The notes beneath the pieces were generated by a model that worked only from the letters and a program-made list of their open reading frames with translations, was not told the origin of the DNA and did not search any database. Positions 1 through 13,900 of a DNA stretch of 64,000 nucleotides are shown here, in pieces; position 1 is the stretch's first letter; every line of letters begins with the position of its first letter. The position numbers and the translations under genes were made by a program. Origin of the DNA: Pseudovirgaria hyperparasitica (taxonomy: Eukaryota); the NCBI GenBank assembly GCA_010093815.1, contig ML996571.1; one strand, written 5' to 3'.

Positions 1-897
1 TTCCGTACAGCACTCGCGACGTGTTCAAATCCACCAGACACGCCTCCTTCCAGCGACAACATCGAACCCAAAAGCGACCAGCCCGACGAACCCTCCACAA
101 CAACCTCAGAACCACGCGCTCAGCCAACAGTCTCCACACCATTCCGCAACCCATACCAACCCTCCACACCATCCACCACAAAGTCACGCCCGCATCCTCC
201 CCCATTCCGAACTCCCCAGTCAATCGCCCGTCCGAACGCGCCACAGCAAAGTCTTCGCCCTCAACCACAAACATCCCACGTCTCAACACCCACGTCAACC
301 TCTCTCTCCCTACGCACCTCCCATCTCCGCACCCAGATCCACACTCTCAACCAAGCAATCCAACTGCTCTCCAACCCCGACTCGGACACCCACCTCCTCG
401 ACCTGACCTCGAAATGGCGCAGCGCATCCCGCCTCGCGGCCGAAGAGCTCTTCGCCTCCTCCCGCGAGCGCGTGCAGCGCATGGGTGGCGTAAGCGCCTG
501 GAAGGACAAAGAGCGCGAGGGACGCACACGCATGCTCACCTGGGAGGAAGAACGACTCGACGAAGAGAACGGGCTGGAATCTTCGGATTCCGAGGCATCT
601 GATGACGAGGACGGAGCGAACGACGACGACGGCGACGACGAGGGTGAGAATAAGAGATTGAGTCCAGAGGAGAGAGATATGCGCCGGGAGGCTAGACGTG
701 AAGCTCGCACCATCGCACGCGAGCGACTGAGTGCGATGAAAGCTCAGATCCGCGAGCGACGACGGGCGGAGGACTACGCAGCGAGTATGGAGGTGAACAG
801 CGATGAGAGCTTCACCCTGGACATGATGCTGAGGGCATTGAATGTGGATCTGGATGTGATCGGATACTCGAAGGCAGTGCAGGGGTGGGTAGGGTAG
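1..897 (+). CDS. SFR1: Swi5-dependent recombination repair protein Sfr1/Mei5 family (5' end outside the window)
   Basis: Frame 1 is open from base 1 to TAG at 895-897. The C-terminus reads LLDLTSKWRSASRLAAEELF..RERVQRMGG..W, then an acidic tract, then FTLDMMLRALNVDLDVIGY, matching my recollection of the fungal Mei5/Sfr1 C-terminal signature. Confidence 0.75.
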   Translation, partial: FRTALATCSNPPDTPPSSDNIEPKSDQPDEPSTTTSEPRAQPTVSTPFRNPYQPSTPSTTKSRPHPPPFRTPQSIARPNAPQQSLRPQPQTSHVSTPTSTSLSLRTSHLRTQIHTLNQAIQLLSNPDSDTHLLDLTSKWRSASRLAAEELFASSRERVQRMGGVSAWKDKEREGRTRMLTWEEERLDEENGLESSDSEASDDEDGANDDDGDDEGENKRLSPEERDMRREARREARTIARERLSAMKAQIRERRRAEDYAASMEVNSDESFTLDMMLRALNVDLDVIGYSKAVQGWVG

Positions 898-1717
898 GGT
901 AGGAGTGAAGACTCCACACGAACATTCAACGGAATCACCCTACAGGAAAACGTGCCATGTAGTACACATGGTTTATTGACGATATGACTTATGCGATATA
1001 TGATATGTCTGATGGGTATGGGATGTACGGCGTTATGGAAAGGACGGCGTAGTATTTGCTATAGATGACGGAGAAGGCAGTATTTGTGAGGTAGGATGAA
1101 TTGCGAGGTAGTTGATTGGAGAGTCAGAATTACACATGTATGATACCCTACATCTTAGTCCTTCTAAGCATGATATTCCCCAGAACAAGTCCTTCGCAAT
1201 GGACAGAATTTTGCCCGCATGGCGCTACAAACAGCGAAAAAATCAAACCCCTGATTTCAAAGTTACGCGCCATACATCTCATTCACGACTTCCCATGGAT
1301 GGGATTCTAGTTGTTTCCCTTTCTAGCTATGTGTTGGTGTTGATATCTTCTCATCTCCTGGAAACGTGCATCACATCACGTTACGCGAACTGCCATTGCA
1401 AACTCCTGATAGTAATGCAACTCGTAGCCCTAAATAAAAGTTCTCTATTTTCCCAGGATATCTCAAAAGTAGATTCTACCGCTCTAACAAGCACCTTTGT
1501 AGGTGTGTGTGTGTGTGTGTGTCTCATATATCCCCATCTCATCTGTACTGCTGCTATACACGCACGTACCAAAAATGCCGCTAGAACTCAAATCCTAAAC
1601 ACATATACCCTTTTCCGCGCGTGGAAAAAACAGATGCTGAAACTCCAAAAAGAAAAGGAAAATCGCTGTCCAGATATGCTGCAAGGTAAAATCGTGATTG
1701 AGAGGTTTGGGGAACGT

Positions 1718-3373
1718 TCACCCTCTCGCTTCCACCTCCTGAGGCTGGTGTGCTTGCTGTTGTGAGCCGCCATGGTCCTTTATGACTTCGCTCAGCAACG
1801 CCCCTTTACCGACGCCGTCTGAGTCGGAGCTGACTTCCTTGAGCACCTCCTCGCTGTCGTCTGTTGTCCTCAGCGCCACCCAGCCCTTTACGCCCCCCTT
1901 CGTGTCCAAGATCTTCCAATCGCCCCTTTGATCATCGTTGACTACGACTTGTGCGTCGTTATTGTGCTCTTCTTCTTCGCGATCAATCACGCTCGTCGGC
2001 GCTACGTCAAATCCGCTTTGGCGTAGCACTTGCAGTATGGCGCGCACGTTGAGCTTCAGCATACGTTCTGGGTCTTCGGCTTTGAACATCTTCTTTGTGA
2101 GCCAAGGGAAGAGGATGCTGAAATCGCTTTGGCTCAGGTGCGCGCTACCAACTGGGTAGAAGAGGTGCGGCGGCGCTTGTGCCGGGTTCTTCGGGGGCGC
2201 AGCCGGGTTCTCGGATACGGCTTGCATTGTCACGGCGAGGTGCTCGCTCCACTTGAAGAAGCCTTCGGAGAGGATGGCGAGCAGGTTTGCGCCGCCCGGC
2301 CCGCCAGGCGTGAAGCACGGCAGCGGTTTTGACCATAGCCAGGCTGTACTGGGAGATTGCATGGGTAGACACCAGGGGTCAAGGAGAGTGGCTGGCGTAT
2401 GTGGTGTGATCTGCCGCACCAGCGAAGACGACTCAAGGGGTGTGTAGAGCGGAGAGAATCCCTCTTTCTCAGGATCTGGGCGATAGAAGACGGATTTGAG
2501 GAATTGATAGACAGTGGCGCCGCCGAAAGAGTGACCCGCGAACGCGATGGAGCCAGGGTTGTGCACGGCGAGTGTGTCTTTAAACATGGACAGCACTTCG
2601 TTCACGTCGTTCCGGCGCCACGAGACGCTGTTCGGGTCCATGTTCTTCGGCGCGCTGCCGGTGTCGATCTTCACGATGGCGTCATGAACGAGACCCATTT
2701 CCCAAAGTCGCGTTCGTAGCTGTTCATCTCGCGCACGCCAGAGTTCCGGGGATGGGTTGTGAGACATGCGGATGTAAGGAATGGTCCGGGCTTTTGTCTT
2801 TTCAGTCGCTCGAATGTGCGCAGTTGGAGCACTACCGTCGCGATGATCGGTGGCTATGACGACCATGCCGTGAGAGGCAAGTGAGCCGCACAGGTGTGAA
2901 TATGCGTTGCGCGAGCCACCGAGGCCGTGGGAGAAGATCATGACAGGCCATCGAGTGTTACTTGTGTTGTGGAGGAGCGGTGCGTTACGGTGGACGGGTA
3001 TTGTTACATAGGAGAGGAGCTGAGGCAGTAATCTGCAGTAGTTATGAGTATATGTAGATACTGCCAATGATCATGTTATAGTCACATACGAGATGGCTTC
3101 CGCAATTGCTGAGCTTGCTCCGAGGAATTGAGAGTATGCGGCTACGTAGCGCTTTTGCGGGTTAGGTAACCATCGCACAGGCCGGTAAGTCGTAGATTTC
3201 TCGCATGGATAGAAGATTCGAAAGGCTACAGTGCCAATATCGTCACCGACAGGAGCCGGGCTGGGTGTATCAAGCTGATCAGCAGGTAATTCGACATCTA
3301 CCGAACCAACTGCGTATGGCCCGGTGTAGGCTGGGAAAGCCGGGGTTGGATTGAGGGACGAAAGCCACGACAT
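1718..3373 (-). CDS. Platelet-activating factor acetylhydrolase (PAF-AH II)-like alpha/beta hydrolase
   Basis: Two exons with intron ~3033-3089 (GTATGT...CTGCAG). Motifs: PAYTGPYAVG, FRIFYP, PVMIFSHGLGGSRNAYS, nucleophile GHSFGG, LDPW, AHLSQSDF. Confidence 0.9.
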
Positions 3374-4415
3374 CGCGTTTCTATGAGGTATGAGACGACG
3401 AGAAGAAAGACAGACGAAGACGAGCGTGTGAGTGAGGAGGAAGACGAGTGTGAGGCGCAGTCGTATTGGAACGAGGTCTCAAGCGGATGAGGCGTAGGTG
3501 TCGGACATGATAGGCAGGGATTACAGATGAATGGATGGTTCGTGTGCCCTTTTTACGGAAAAGGTGACGAAGGCACGCGACAATGGCTGACGGCGATTGG
3601 GAGACAAATTTTCCAATGCCTGCGCGGGCTTGTTGAGTAGGCTGTAGTAGTGTAGTGTATAATAGGGCGGAGACAACGGCAACGTTAATAGCATCGGGAA
3701 TTCAACCCAAAATTGAACAAATGACGTATCACCACCACCACCTGAGACCTCACACTATAACGTACCACTCCTGGCGTCTCTTCGCCGCCAACTATCTATA
3801 TATCTTTCGTTGGGATTCAGCATACATCGTCGATTTCCACTTTAGTCAGACCCAAATCAGCCCTGAAGCTTGATGTGGCGCTGACGTACCCGGATAGTCG
3901 TCGCGAATTTTACAGCCTGGCATCTAAGGCTACTGACAAGGCTTTTAGTCTAGGCCCTGCAAGCGGGGTTTTGGCGAACGCGAGCGAATTTATTGGAAGG
4001 TTTTCACCTTAGACTTGTCGGTTTAAATGAGAATGGTAGCTTGAATAATTCTGCTACGAGGTCGTATAGATAAACCAAGTCCATCTACTACATAGGTAAT
4101 AGGTCCCTTTTCCACTTCGATGTTGCGATGAATTGGTCGCGACACATGCTGTCCGGGCTCCGTGGGCACCAAGACGCCGCTGAACGACCCGAACGATCGC
4201 CGTCCCGCACCACGGTCATCTTCCAAACTCCTGAATTGTATGAGTTCAATGCTGCTTGGTACATACAAAGGCCGTGAATCACGTGTGAGATTGCAGAATC
4301 CGTTACTTGTAACGCCATTCCAATACCCCGACTCCTTCCAACAATTTTATAAAACAACGCTGTCATAAGATTGTGTCGTGCTCCAGGATAGTGATACAAG
4401 CATTCGGAGCGCCAT

Positions 4416-6311
4416 TCAGTAGGCGCTGATGATAGAAGCATTGAAGGCAGCGTCTACATCGTTAGGTCGGAAACCTGGCGAGCGTCCAAGGCACATGCAT
4501 CTGTTCACAAGCTCTGGAGAGCAATTAGCAGCTATCCTTTGTGTGTGCTAGACCTGGGCGACATACCTTCGCAGAGCTTCTGCACGTCAATCGTAACCGA
4601 CCGTTTGGGCTTGTTCGGCTTCATCGGGAAACTCATGTTATAGAATCCATCCATATTCATCGCACCCATCATGCCTGATCCAAAGCCAAATCCCGTTTCT
4701 GGTTGGCCGTCATTCGTTGAATTCGGCGTGTGTACCCCTGTGCTCTCACTGCGCGGATAGCTACCCGAATGACCACTCGTCAAGCTCGCACTCCTATTCC
4801 CATCCACACTGGTCAACAGACTCCCACTCCTGCTTCTTGGTGGTGCTAATGACATCGCAGTATTATTCATCATCCCCAAATCCATGGCCAGTGGCCCGCT
4901 GACATCCTCAAACGCGCGCGATAGCGGCGCGTCAAGCAGCGCATCCGCAAACGAGCTCTGCGGATCGATCCGACACCCCTTCTCCTCGAGATAGCCCTGG
5001 ACATCATGCGCATCGAACCAATCGCCCTGGAACTCGCGCAGATCCAATTCGATATCTCGCATATGCCCCTTGTCATCCATCAGGAGGCCCCGGTACGGAA
5101 TTGGTCCAATGCGCCGCACTGTCCAACCGTTCAAGATCGGAAGCACATTTCCATTCACGTCGCGCCGTGGGTAATGCGTGCCTGCGCCGCCTAGATGAAT
5201 GAACGGTGTTTCCCAGAATTCCAGACTTTCGTGTTGACCGCGTTTCAGGAGCGCTTGGAAGCGCCCAGCGATCTCTTCGTGTGGCGCAGTGAGGAGAGAG
5301 AGACGGAAAACCTTCTCATAACGACCGGGACGGTACGCTTTGCTACTAACTAGCTGGTATGCGCGCTCGATGGAGTAGCGCTGAAGACGGCGGGCGAAAG
5401 TCGTTTCCTGAAAGGAGTAGGTACAGGGTGTGGCGAGGATATTGTCGCCATATGGGGAGGGTACATGTTTTGGTGAAGGGGTGGAGACATTGTTTACGTG
5501 ATACGATGTATGCTGGTCATGGGAGATGAGGCCAAAGGGCAGCAGGTCTTGGTGATGATGTGACTGATGATGGCTTGGCGGCGGAGGAAGAGGATCAGTA
5601 GGGAGGCCGGAGAGGTACGATGATATGACATCTCGTTGGTGAAGATCATATTCGCGGCCTTGGAACATGCGGGCGTAACCAAAGCCCATATCGAGTTGAT
5701 CGTGCTCTGGTTGTGCAAAGTTTGGAGTAGGTGGCATGGCAATGTTGTTTTGTGGTGGTGCTTGTGGTTCAGATACAGTTGGCTCGGGCTGAACATCTTC
5801 AATACCTTCTTGATCATCATCCTGTGACGCGTTGGCAGCAGTGTCTTGAGCAAGCTGGCCGAACATCTCAGTCGCGGCTTGGAGTTCTTTCGCGAGCTGG
5901 GGGCGGAGAGCAAGAATACCAGAGTTGATAGCTGAGTCGTTGAATTGCAGAAGTGTCTTGTTCATTTGTTCCACTACACTTTCAAGGCCAGATACTTGCT
6001 TCTTGAGAGACGAGATAGTGGACTCCTTACGCTGGCGGTAGGCTCGTTGAGCAAGACGGATTTGTGTTCGTCGACGCTAAATCACCGTCAGTATGCGATG
6101 CATTCTGAAATGTGATCCAGCACGATAGATGAATAATTCTAGAAGTATGGGAACTCACATCTGCGGCAGTGGCATCTTGAGTATCCACACGTGGTCGGCC
6201 TCTCTTTTTGTGTGAGGAACCATTATCCTCTTCGGCACTAAGTGTTTTTCTTGATCGCTTCCGTGGATTAGTCTGCTCCTCGCTGTCAGAAGAATGGGAA
6301 TCTTTGCCCAT
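4416..6311 (-). CDS. bZIP-type transcription factor
   Basis: Introns 6077-6158 and 4514-4566. The spliced N-terminus gives KKRGRPR..TAADRRRTQIRLAQRAYRQRKESTISSLKKQVSGLESVVEQM (basic region plus zipper). The C-terminus is CMCLGRSPGFRPNDVDAAF. Confidence 0.85.
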
Positions 6312-7361
6312 GGTGACTTCGATGATGGCTCAAGATGGCACTTGGAGTCAATCAAGTCAATCAAGAATCGTGCGTAATCTAGCAGACACAAGACGTGGAA
6401 TCCCCGCTGAGTAGTATACCAGATCGGGTAGACCTGACCTTGACTGCAGCAGCTTCAGCAGTCTAAGTAAACACCGCTTGGCGTACGAGGACCACCCATC
6501 ACCATGCAAGCATACGTCTATGTGCGTGGTACAATGGCGTATTGAGGTGCTGCTTGATAATCAGAAGTGAGGACTAAGGCTGAGTAACCAGGTGCCAAGA
6601 TGACTTGATCCCAGAAACAACTTGGAAGGGTAAGTTGCTATGTGGTAAGACGTGATGCGGTTTCGACTTGTAAGTGTTTGAGAAGCTCTGGGTAGAGATT
6701 GTGGTCGGAAGATTGATGTCACCACGAGGTTATCGGTTAGGCAGATTTCTTCGAGATGACAGAGTTGACCTTGCAAAATGCTCATAAGTTGATCCGAAGC
6801 CGACTAGACGAGGTTCGACATGAGTACTATCATCGCCCTAGGAACGAATGCGAAGTTGTAGAGTTGAGGAGAGGATCCAGAGATTTACGGAGAGACGAGG
6901 AGATTACTGATCCATCCCATTCTCCGCCCCACGCCCGCTAGAAAGGAGAATTGCTTGGAGAAGCCTTTGACAGGGTGCTGCAAGGTTGTACCTAAAAGGT
7001 CGATTTTTGCGACGATCATGCCTCCAAAGCTTCCGGAGAGGCGCAAGAAGTGGGTCGGACCTGGGGGCATTCCTGGGGGACCTGAGCGGCCTGGACCAGC
7101 CCAGTGTCAGTATTACGGGCGTAACCATAAACCACACCACACACACCACTAGGTAGATGTGGATAGGGACGTAAATCTATATAGTACCCTTATACATTGT
7201 CATATAACCAGCTACACTTACAACCTCAATGGCCGCCATGACTACCAAAGATTGAAAGTACCCTACGCGGCACGGATTGCTGATGACTGCCAAGAACATC
7301 TTCGACTGGGCTGGGTGGGCTAGGTTTGCAGGTAATAACGACAATGGCAGGAATCATCTTT

Positions 7362-9331
7362 TCATGTTTGCTTCTGAGTCTCATTCTGCGCATGCCCATT
7401 TCGAGACATAGCTACATAGTTTCGCAGTGAGCCAAATGGCAGTACATCTGCTATTCTCTCGGCTCCTGAGAAGAGCATCACCAGTCGATCAATGCCGCAG
7501 CCCAATCCCCCTGTTGGTGGCATGCCCCATTCAAGTACCTCGAGATACGATTCATCCACGTCAAGTTCATGCGCTGCCGCATCACGTCCTGCTCGAAACT
7601 TGATTTGATCCTCAAACTTGCGCCGTTGCTCAAACGGTGAATTTTCCTCTTCATAGCAATTGACTATCTCCTTGCATTCGATATACAGCTCTGCGCTGTT
7701 GGCGCAGACACGCCCTGATTCCTCGTGGTAGCTTGATTTCGCAAGGGGGGAAACGCATTCCGGGGGATGCCTGATCCACGTAGGCTCTTTACAGAGAGGT
7801 ACCAAATATTTGTCCGCGAGAAGGTCCAAAAGTTGGGGTACTGATGCTTCGAGCGGAACAGCCATATCAAGTTCTGTCATGTACTGTGAAAGAGTAGCGA
7901 GACTATGTGGCGAGCCTACATCGGGAAGAGTCCGACCAGTCTCTCGTTCGAGTATGGGGACAAAATCAATGACAGAAAACCTGTGTTCAACCCCCTGGCC
8001 AAAATCGAAATGCTTCGGTCTCATTCGGTTTGAACGTTCCTCGAGTGATCTGGCGGCATTTTGGATTCTCTGAAGAAGTTCGACAGTTCTACTCATCAAA
8101 CGTTGAAGGTCTGCCCCGGTTTCGTAAAACTCACAGATGGTGAATTCGGGATTGTGCGTTGCATCGATTCCTAAAAACGTAAGCCCAAGTCGTCGGAATC
8201 TGACAACGTCCCACATTACCTTCATTGCGGAAGACTTTGCCGATTTCAAAAACCGCATCGTTGCCTGCAACTATGAGACGCTTCAAGGATAACTCAGGCG
8301 CTATCCTCAGCTTCAGATTCGTATCATAGATTCTTTGGGCATTCACACGTGTTTCGAATGCTCGCGCATTCGCACCACCTGGTCTTCCTTCTAGTATTGG
8401 CGTCTCGACTTCCATGAAATTCATGTTTTGCAGATAGGAACGTATCTCATGCTGTATTAGAGACCGTAAATATAAAACGTCATTTTGAAACGGATTCATC
8501 AAGGCTTTAACATGAGGATATCTTGCAAGTTTTTCAGGGTCTTTCAAGTCCTCTGGTATCTGATGCAAGGACGGCGCCAGGCACGTTGGTAGTGATGTCG
8601 CCATAAGCTCGACTTGCTCATTCTTTTCGAAAGCAGTGCCAGTGATACCTTATCTATTAGCATTTGAAAAGGTTTTCTGAGTTATTGCGGCACCCACAAT
8701 ACCAATCTCCTATTCGTACAACTTTTGCAAAAGACTTGAATTCATCTAGAGTAACCCCATTACTCTCGAGTCTGTTGAACTCAAACGTAGCCTGTATTGA
8801 CCGATGTTTGCGTTCTATAGTTACAAAGGCTAACTTGGACCCATGTCTTCGAACGCCAGTTACTCGTCCTGATGTCTATTAGTTTCCAAAATGAAAGTCG
8901 TTACTCTGTGGTTATTCACCCAAACACTGGTGAACTTCTTCGCGTTCCCCTTGGTTCTGTTCCACAGGATCGTTTGTAGAGTTCAGGTGACATTGGGCAC
9001 TTCTAATAGACGTCCCAGACGGTGTTTGACCATGTCTCTTGAATGAGTGGTATTCAGGAATGTCAGAAAGAAGTTTTGTTTGCCGCGGGTAGAATGTAGA
9101 GAGATCTCCGTGTTTCCGCAATTGATCAACGCGGCGATCTCTATCGTGGTTATGAACCTTAGAGGCTATCCAATTCTTGTTCCCAATTCCATGGTGTGCC
9201 GGGATATCGACTGGTGTGCTGCACGATTGATGTTTGGCACACCTGTAAACTCGCGAATAGTGTTTTGGTACAACGGGCCGGCAGGAGGCCTGTAGGAAGG
9301 GGTATAATAGTGGGAGATGATACCCACTCAT
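7362..9331 (-). CDS. MSK1: Lysyl-tRNA synthetase (class II), probably mitochondrial
   Basis: Multi-exon. Motifs: EVETPIL, GGANARAF, LRIAPELSLKRLIV, FEIGKVFRNEG|IDATHNPEFT, YEEENSPFEQRRKF, WGMPPTGGLGCGIDRL. The Arg/Ser-containing, acid-poor N-terminus suggests a presequence. Confidence 0.85.
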
Positions 9332-9824
9332 CCTAAGATCGCGTTAGCAGACTGCATATGAAGTCGTATGAATTTCATTCAGTGATGTGTTGCAAATATC
9401 AGTTTGGGTATAGTTGAGAAATCAATCATCCACAATGCGGATGTCATTCGCAGCGGTTCTAATGCTTTATACGTCTCATCATTTGGGAGAGGTGATTGTA
9501 TGAAATTTTACTTTTGACATACCTGGAGCGGAAGGTATCGCGGGGACTGGCATTGAGGTGCTTCGCTGTTGCGTGAGCGAAGCCATCAAGGAATATTCCG
9601 TGGGAAGAAATAGTTTTAAGACATGTCTACTCCATGCCAAGACTGGCCCAAGCTCCACGAGCCATCTTTTCCTACTACCAACTAGAAGGACCTACCTCAT
9701 TGCTCGCCATTGTCATCACCACTCACTTCAAGACTCCAACGCAGTCGTCACACAGGCCAAATTCTACGACTCAAGTCTACTCCATTGAACCTCTTCTGAA
9801 ACATACTTTTCATATTCTGTCGTC

Positions 9825-10171
9825 ATGTCTTGGTTAATGGGTGGCGGCCGAGCTCAGCCATCATCCGCGGAAAAGATTGCAGCAGCAGAGGCTGAGATTG
9901 AAATGGTTTCAGACATGTTCGCACGGTGTGTATACGCATATCTACGCCTACTGTAATACGCTGCTAATCACAATACAGTCTAACTCGGTCCTGCACAGCT
10001 AAATGTATCGCTGGTCAATACCGCGAGTCCGATCTCAACACGGCAGAGTCCGTGTGCCTCGATCGATGCGTGTCCAAATTTTTCGATGTCAATATGAAGG
10101 TGTCGGAAAAGATGCAACGTGAAGCTGCTGCCAAAGGAGGTATGGGCGGCATGATGGGTGGTGGTATGTGA
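9825..10171 (+). CDS. TIM10: Mitochondrial intermembrane small Tim chaperone Tim10
   Basis: Not in the ORF track. Exons 9825-9925 and 9979-10171 (intron GTGTGT...GCTAAT...ACAG) give MSWLMGGGRAQPSSAEKIAAAEAEIEMVSDMFARLTRSCTAKCIAGQYRESDLNTAESVCLDRCVSKFFDVNMKVSEKMQ..., with a twin CX3C motif. Confidence 0.95.
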
Positions 10172-10973
10172 TATGACGAAAAGGAAAGACCCCTTTAGCC
10201 TGCTCTGCAACCACGAGAGCAAAGACATACGAATCATGTATAGAGAAAGTGCTGGTTATATCAACGCCGAATAATAATGTATCATAGGAGAGAAGGCGTT
10301 GTGGTGCATTCGACCTGCTATGTATGGCATCCCAACTCCGTGGTCAGATTATCCTCATATTATATGTCATGGATTCGAATCAAGACAGAATCACAGATTG
10401 AAGACGTCTTCCATTGCTACCTATTCCCATCCCAGTACTGCCGTACTGCTTTCTAGACACCGGCCGCCCGGAATTTCTGATCTCCACCAGGATGAATTCC
10501 AAAGTTGCCAACAATTGACCACACAATATGACCCAAAGAACAAGCCTGCCAGGCTTTTGAAAATTTCCGATGTTTTCTTGAAGTGCTTGTACCAAATGGT
10601 TACCAATTGAACAGAAAAGAAAAAAAAACCAAAAAAGCGGAGAACGTAAAGAGCATGGTGCTTTTGCTTTCGGGTTGAAGCCCCCAAAGCCAATGCTCAT
10701 ATGCGATATGCAATACCATCAAGAGCAGGTGACGCAGAACGAAGCAATCTGGAACAGAATATCGATAGCAAGCCATAAGCTCTAGCACTCGGACTAGAGG
10801 TAAGCTTACATGTCGGAGGCGTACTTAGTAAATCGAAGCATGCGACCTCGAGCGAATGATGTCGACATGTAGAAACAAAAGTCATCTTGAGGGATAAAAA
10901 ACCAGGCATAGGTCCATGTCGTGCGTACAAAAGTCATCTTTCCACAATTGACTAGACCTGTAATGACCAACCA

Positions 10974-13900
10974 CTATCGACGTGAAGGCTTCGATTTCAT
11001 GTCCGAGCTGAAAAGATTGGCAAATCCTCCTGTATTTTGAATCAAGGTGGTAATGCGACGTGCAGCACATTCTGTCTTCTCGTAATTAGCTTTAGCCTCT
11101 TGTGCTGCCAAGTTAGCTTCCTCCAAGCACTTCGCAGCAGCTTTTGTGTTTTCGTACACTTCGGTCAACGCCTTCCATGATGTGTTAGTGCCTGGGTCTA
11201 CTAGAGAGAAAAACTAAGGACCCCATACCTTCGCCACGGCCAAAGCTTTAGTGTTCTCAAGACTCGGTGACTCTCTGGCTTGTTCAATGATTGAGTTTAC
11301 CGTAGAGTACAGGGTTCTGTTGGGCCCCAAAGCTGCCGCCACGATTCTGCTACTGATAGCGACCGGAAGACGGCTCATAGTCTGCCTTCTCGGACTTATT
11401 GACATCATCCCAGCGGCTGTGGTGTTGACACGTAGTCTTGGTGGTCCGAATGCTACGGGCATCGGGCTACCACTTGAACTGATAATGAGTTGGCGGTCAC
11501 CGGTTTGTGTCGAAGCCTGAGGAGGGGTCCCAGCATTTTTAGCTTGACTTTTGTTGTCCCGCTTGTGATGAAACAGATTGCGAAGGGTCGTCATCTTGGT
11601 ACGAATGCCTTTTGAAGGAGACCTTGACGCGGTGCGTTCACAAAGCCTTGTGCTTGATGCCATCCGAGGTATATCGTAGAAATGGGAAGCTCGATCGTTG
11701 TTGAAAGAGCCTTTGGAAAGAAGGCTTTGGTTGGCTGTCGAGCGAATCGGGTGTCGAACAAAGGCGTTCGTCTGTCCTTGATGGACAAGGGTCGATGAGT
11801 CCTGTCGTCGGTGTACAGTTGCATGGCTAGATGCACTCGATATAGTTCGAACAGATCTGTTACTAATGCAAGAATTGTCAATTGGAAATTGAGGCTGAGG
11901 GGCCTGAAGCAGATCGTAAGGGCCCTGGTTGGCGTTGAAAGAAGCGAAGGAAGTTGGGGCAGTCGATTGTGAGATCTTGGAGTGTTGCTCTTCGGGGACG
12001 ATGAGAGATAATTCAGATTCCAAGCCCTGTCCAGTCGCGGTTTCGAAATGCTTGTTTGGGACCGGGTTGTCCACAAACTGCCCAAGGAGAAGATTGGCAT
12101 GTGGAGACGTGGACCTGTACGAAGAAGAAGGGTAAGAGGAAGAGCTACTCTCCTCAGTTGGAGTAGAAGCCCTACCTTTACCTTCGAGCGTGAATAAGGC
12201 GTTAGCACGATCTTGTAAGCGAACTTGTTCTAACAGTGCGACGGGTCTAGGTGGCGAAAGGGCAAACACGCGAAGGTTGGAGTGAAACGAGTCTAAATCA
12301 ACAGATACGAATCTCTTACGGGTTTCGTGACCCCTAACAGGATCATTTTCGCAAACGCTGGCGCTCGCTTGGGCATTGCTCATGCACTGTTCTGGGTGGA
12401 CCATGCTGAAACGTAGCTGTGTCGAATTCGAGGAGCTGGTGCTAGACGCAGAGTCATCTCTGAAGGGGTTTTGGCTGTCTTCAGTGGACCGACGGTCTGG
12501 AAGGCATTCAGGCACTGTGGAGACCTCCGAAGGTTGCAAGGCAGGTGCCACCGATCCCAGTATGACGCTGTCAGCATCCTCTGAGATGGTCAAGGTTGCG
12601 CCGATGCCGTCGACGGTAGAGCTTGTTGATAAACGGGCCAGACGCTTGGCAGGAGGCCTCGATGATTCCACATTGGAGTGCGACCTATCGCTGGATATGA
12701 CCTTTTCAATATTAATATACGCATCGTGTACGTTTGTAGTGAACTCAACGGGTACTAGAGGTTGCTGGGAAACACTACCACGCCTATTGGCTGTTTGAGT
12801 AGAAGGCTCCAAGCATTCTTTTAGCTGATCCATGCGAGCCTTGTCTCGGAGATATCCATTGCTGCTGCTGATGCGCTTAGAAGGACTACCTGTAGAGTTC
12901 TGCGATCGGAATGATGCTGATGAGGCCTTGCGGAGACTCGGGATTGAGGATGTTCTCGCTCCGGTGCTGACAGTAGGCGTTCGATTCCGTACAGTCACTG
13001 GTATTCCTCTCTTCAACTGCGTACTAGGCATGGGTTTGCGGTAGAGAGGGCCACCAGACGGTAGTGCTGGAATTGTACTGCTTTGCATTGCCGAGCTGCT
13101 TTTTGGAAAGCTAAAGTTGGTTGTAGAGTTCTGTTTCGAGCCGACCTGAACGTTTGATGATTCTGGCGACGTAGACCTCGAGAAGTTGGCGCGGTGGTAG
13201 AGCCCACGTGGAGGGATTGGAGGAGCTGTCGTTCAATTAGCAATAAGAAAACCGTTCGAGGGCATGCATGTACGATAATCTTTTGGCATGCTCTCCCGGG
13301 AGTTGAAACTTCCATCTTTACGTGTGCTTCTGCTGCCAGCCTCGCTGATGCTACCCGAGTCGTGAAAGATATTGGCATTCTCAAAATTGTGGTTCGTAGA
13401 AGCAGCAGAAGCTACAGAAGCAGTAGAGCTACTGAAGGATGCCACCTGTGACTGCACCTTACCGCCTGCCATGTGAGCTAAGGAGGATTGAGAAGACTCC
13501 GGCTTAAGCGCAGGCCAGTCACATTCATCGGGTGTACCAGGCGAACGTCTTAGCGGTCTGTCGCTCGCGTCGAGCAGTGTTCGACTAGTTGGAGTTTTGC
13601 CGCGATGCACTACAGCAATTGGAACACTTGGGAGAGGTTTGTCGGGAGGGGGATAGGGAGGAGGATCAGTTGGCAAAGGTTTATTGTATGCAAAATTCGG
13701 TGTAGGGACAGTTCGGCCACAGAGCCGGTCCTAGAAGGCGCATCAGAAGAAGTCGCTTACAGATTGGCCTTATCACTTACTGTGCTAGCTACATGAGGTA
13801 TATCAACAGGCCGCGGCGGTCGCGGAAGCGAAGGAGGTGAACTTTCTTCAACCTTGTCTTTGCGGCCAAAAGATGGGCGCCGAATACCAACCTTCCTGGC

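Noticed and set aside
21..602. 193-aa ORF in frame 3 and antisense ORF 261-713
   Set aside because: These are shadows of the frame-1 Sfr1/Mei5 CDS.
1112..1765. 217-aa + strand ORF
   Set aside because: It has a non-ATG start, spans a (GT)n repeat and overlaps the convergent 3' end of the PAF-AH gene.
10620..10700. Weak stem-loop next to an A/T run (possible Pol III ncRNA)
   Set aside because: Pairing is short and irregular, with no tRNA, snRNA or snoRNA motifs. It lies in convergent 3' UTR space.
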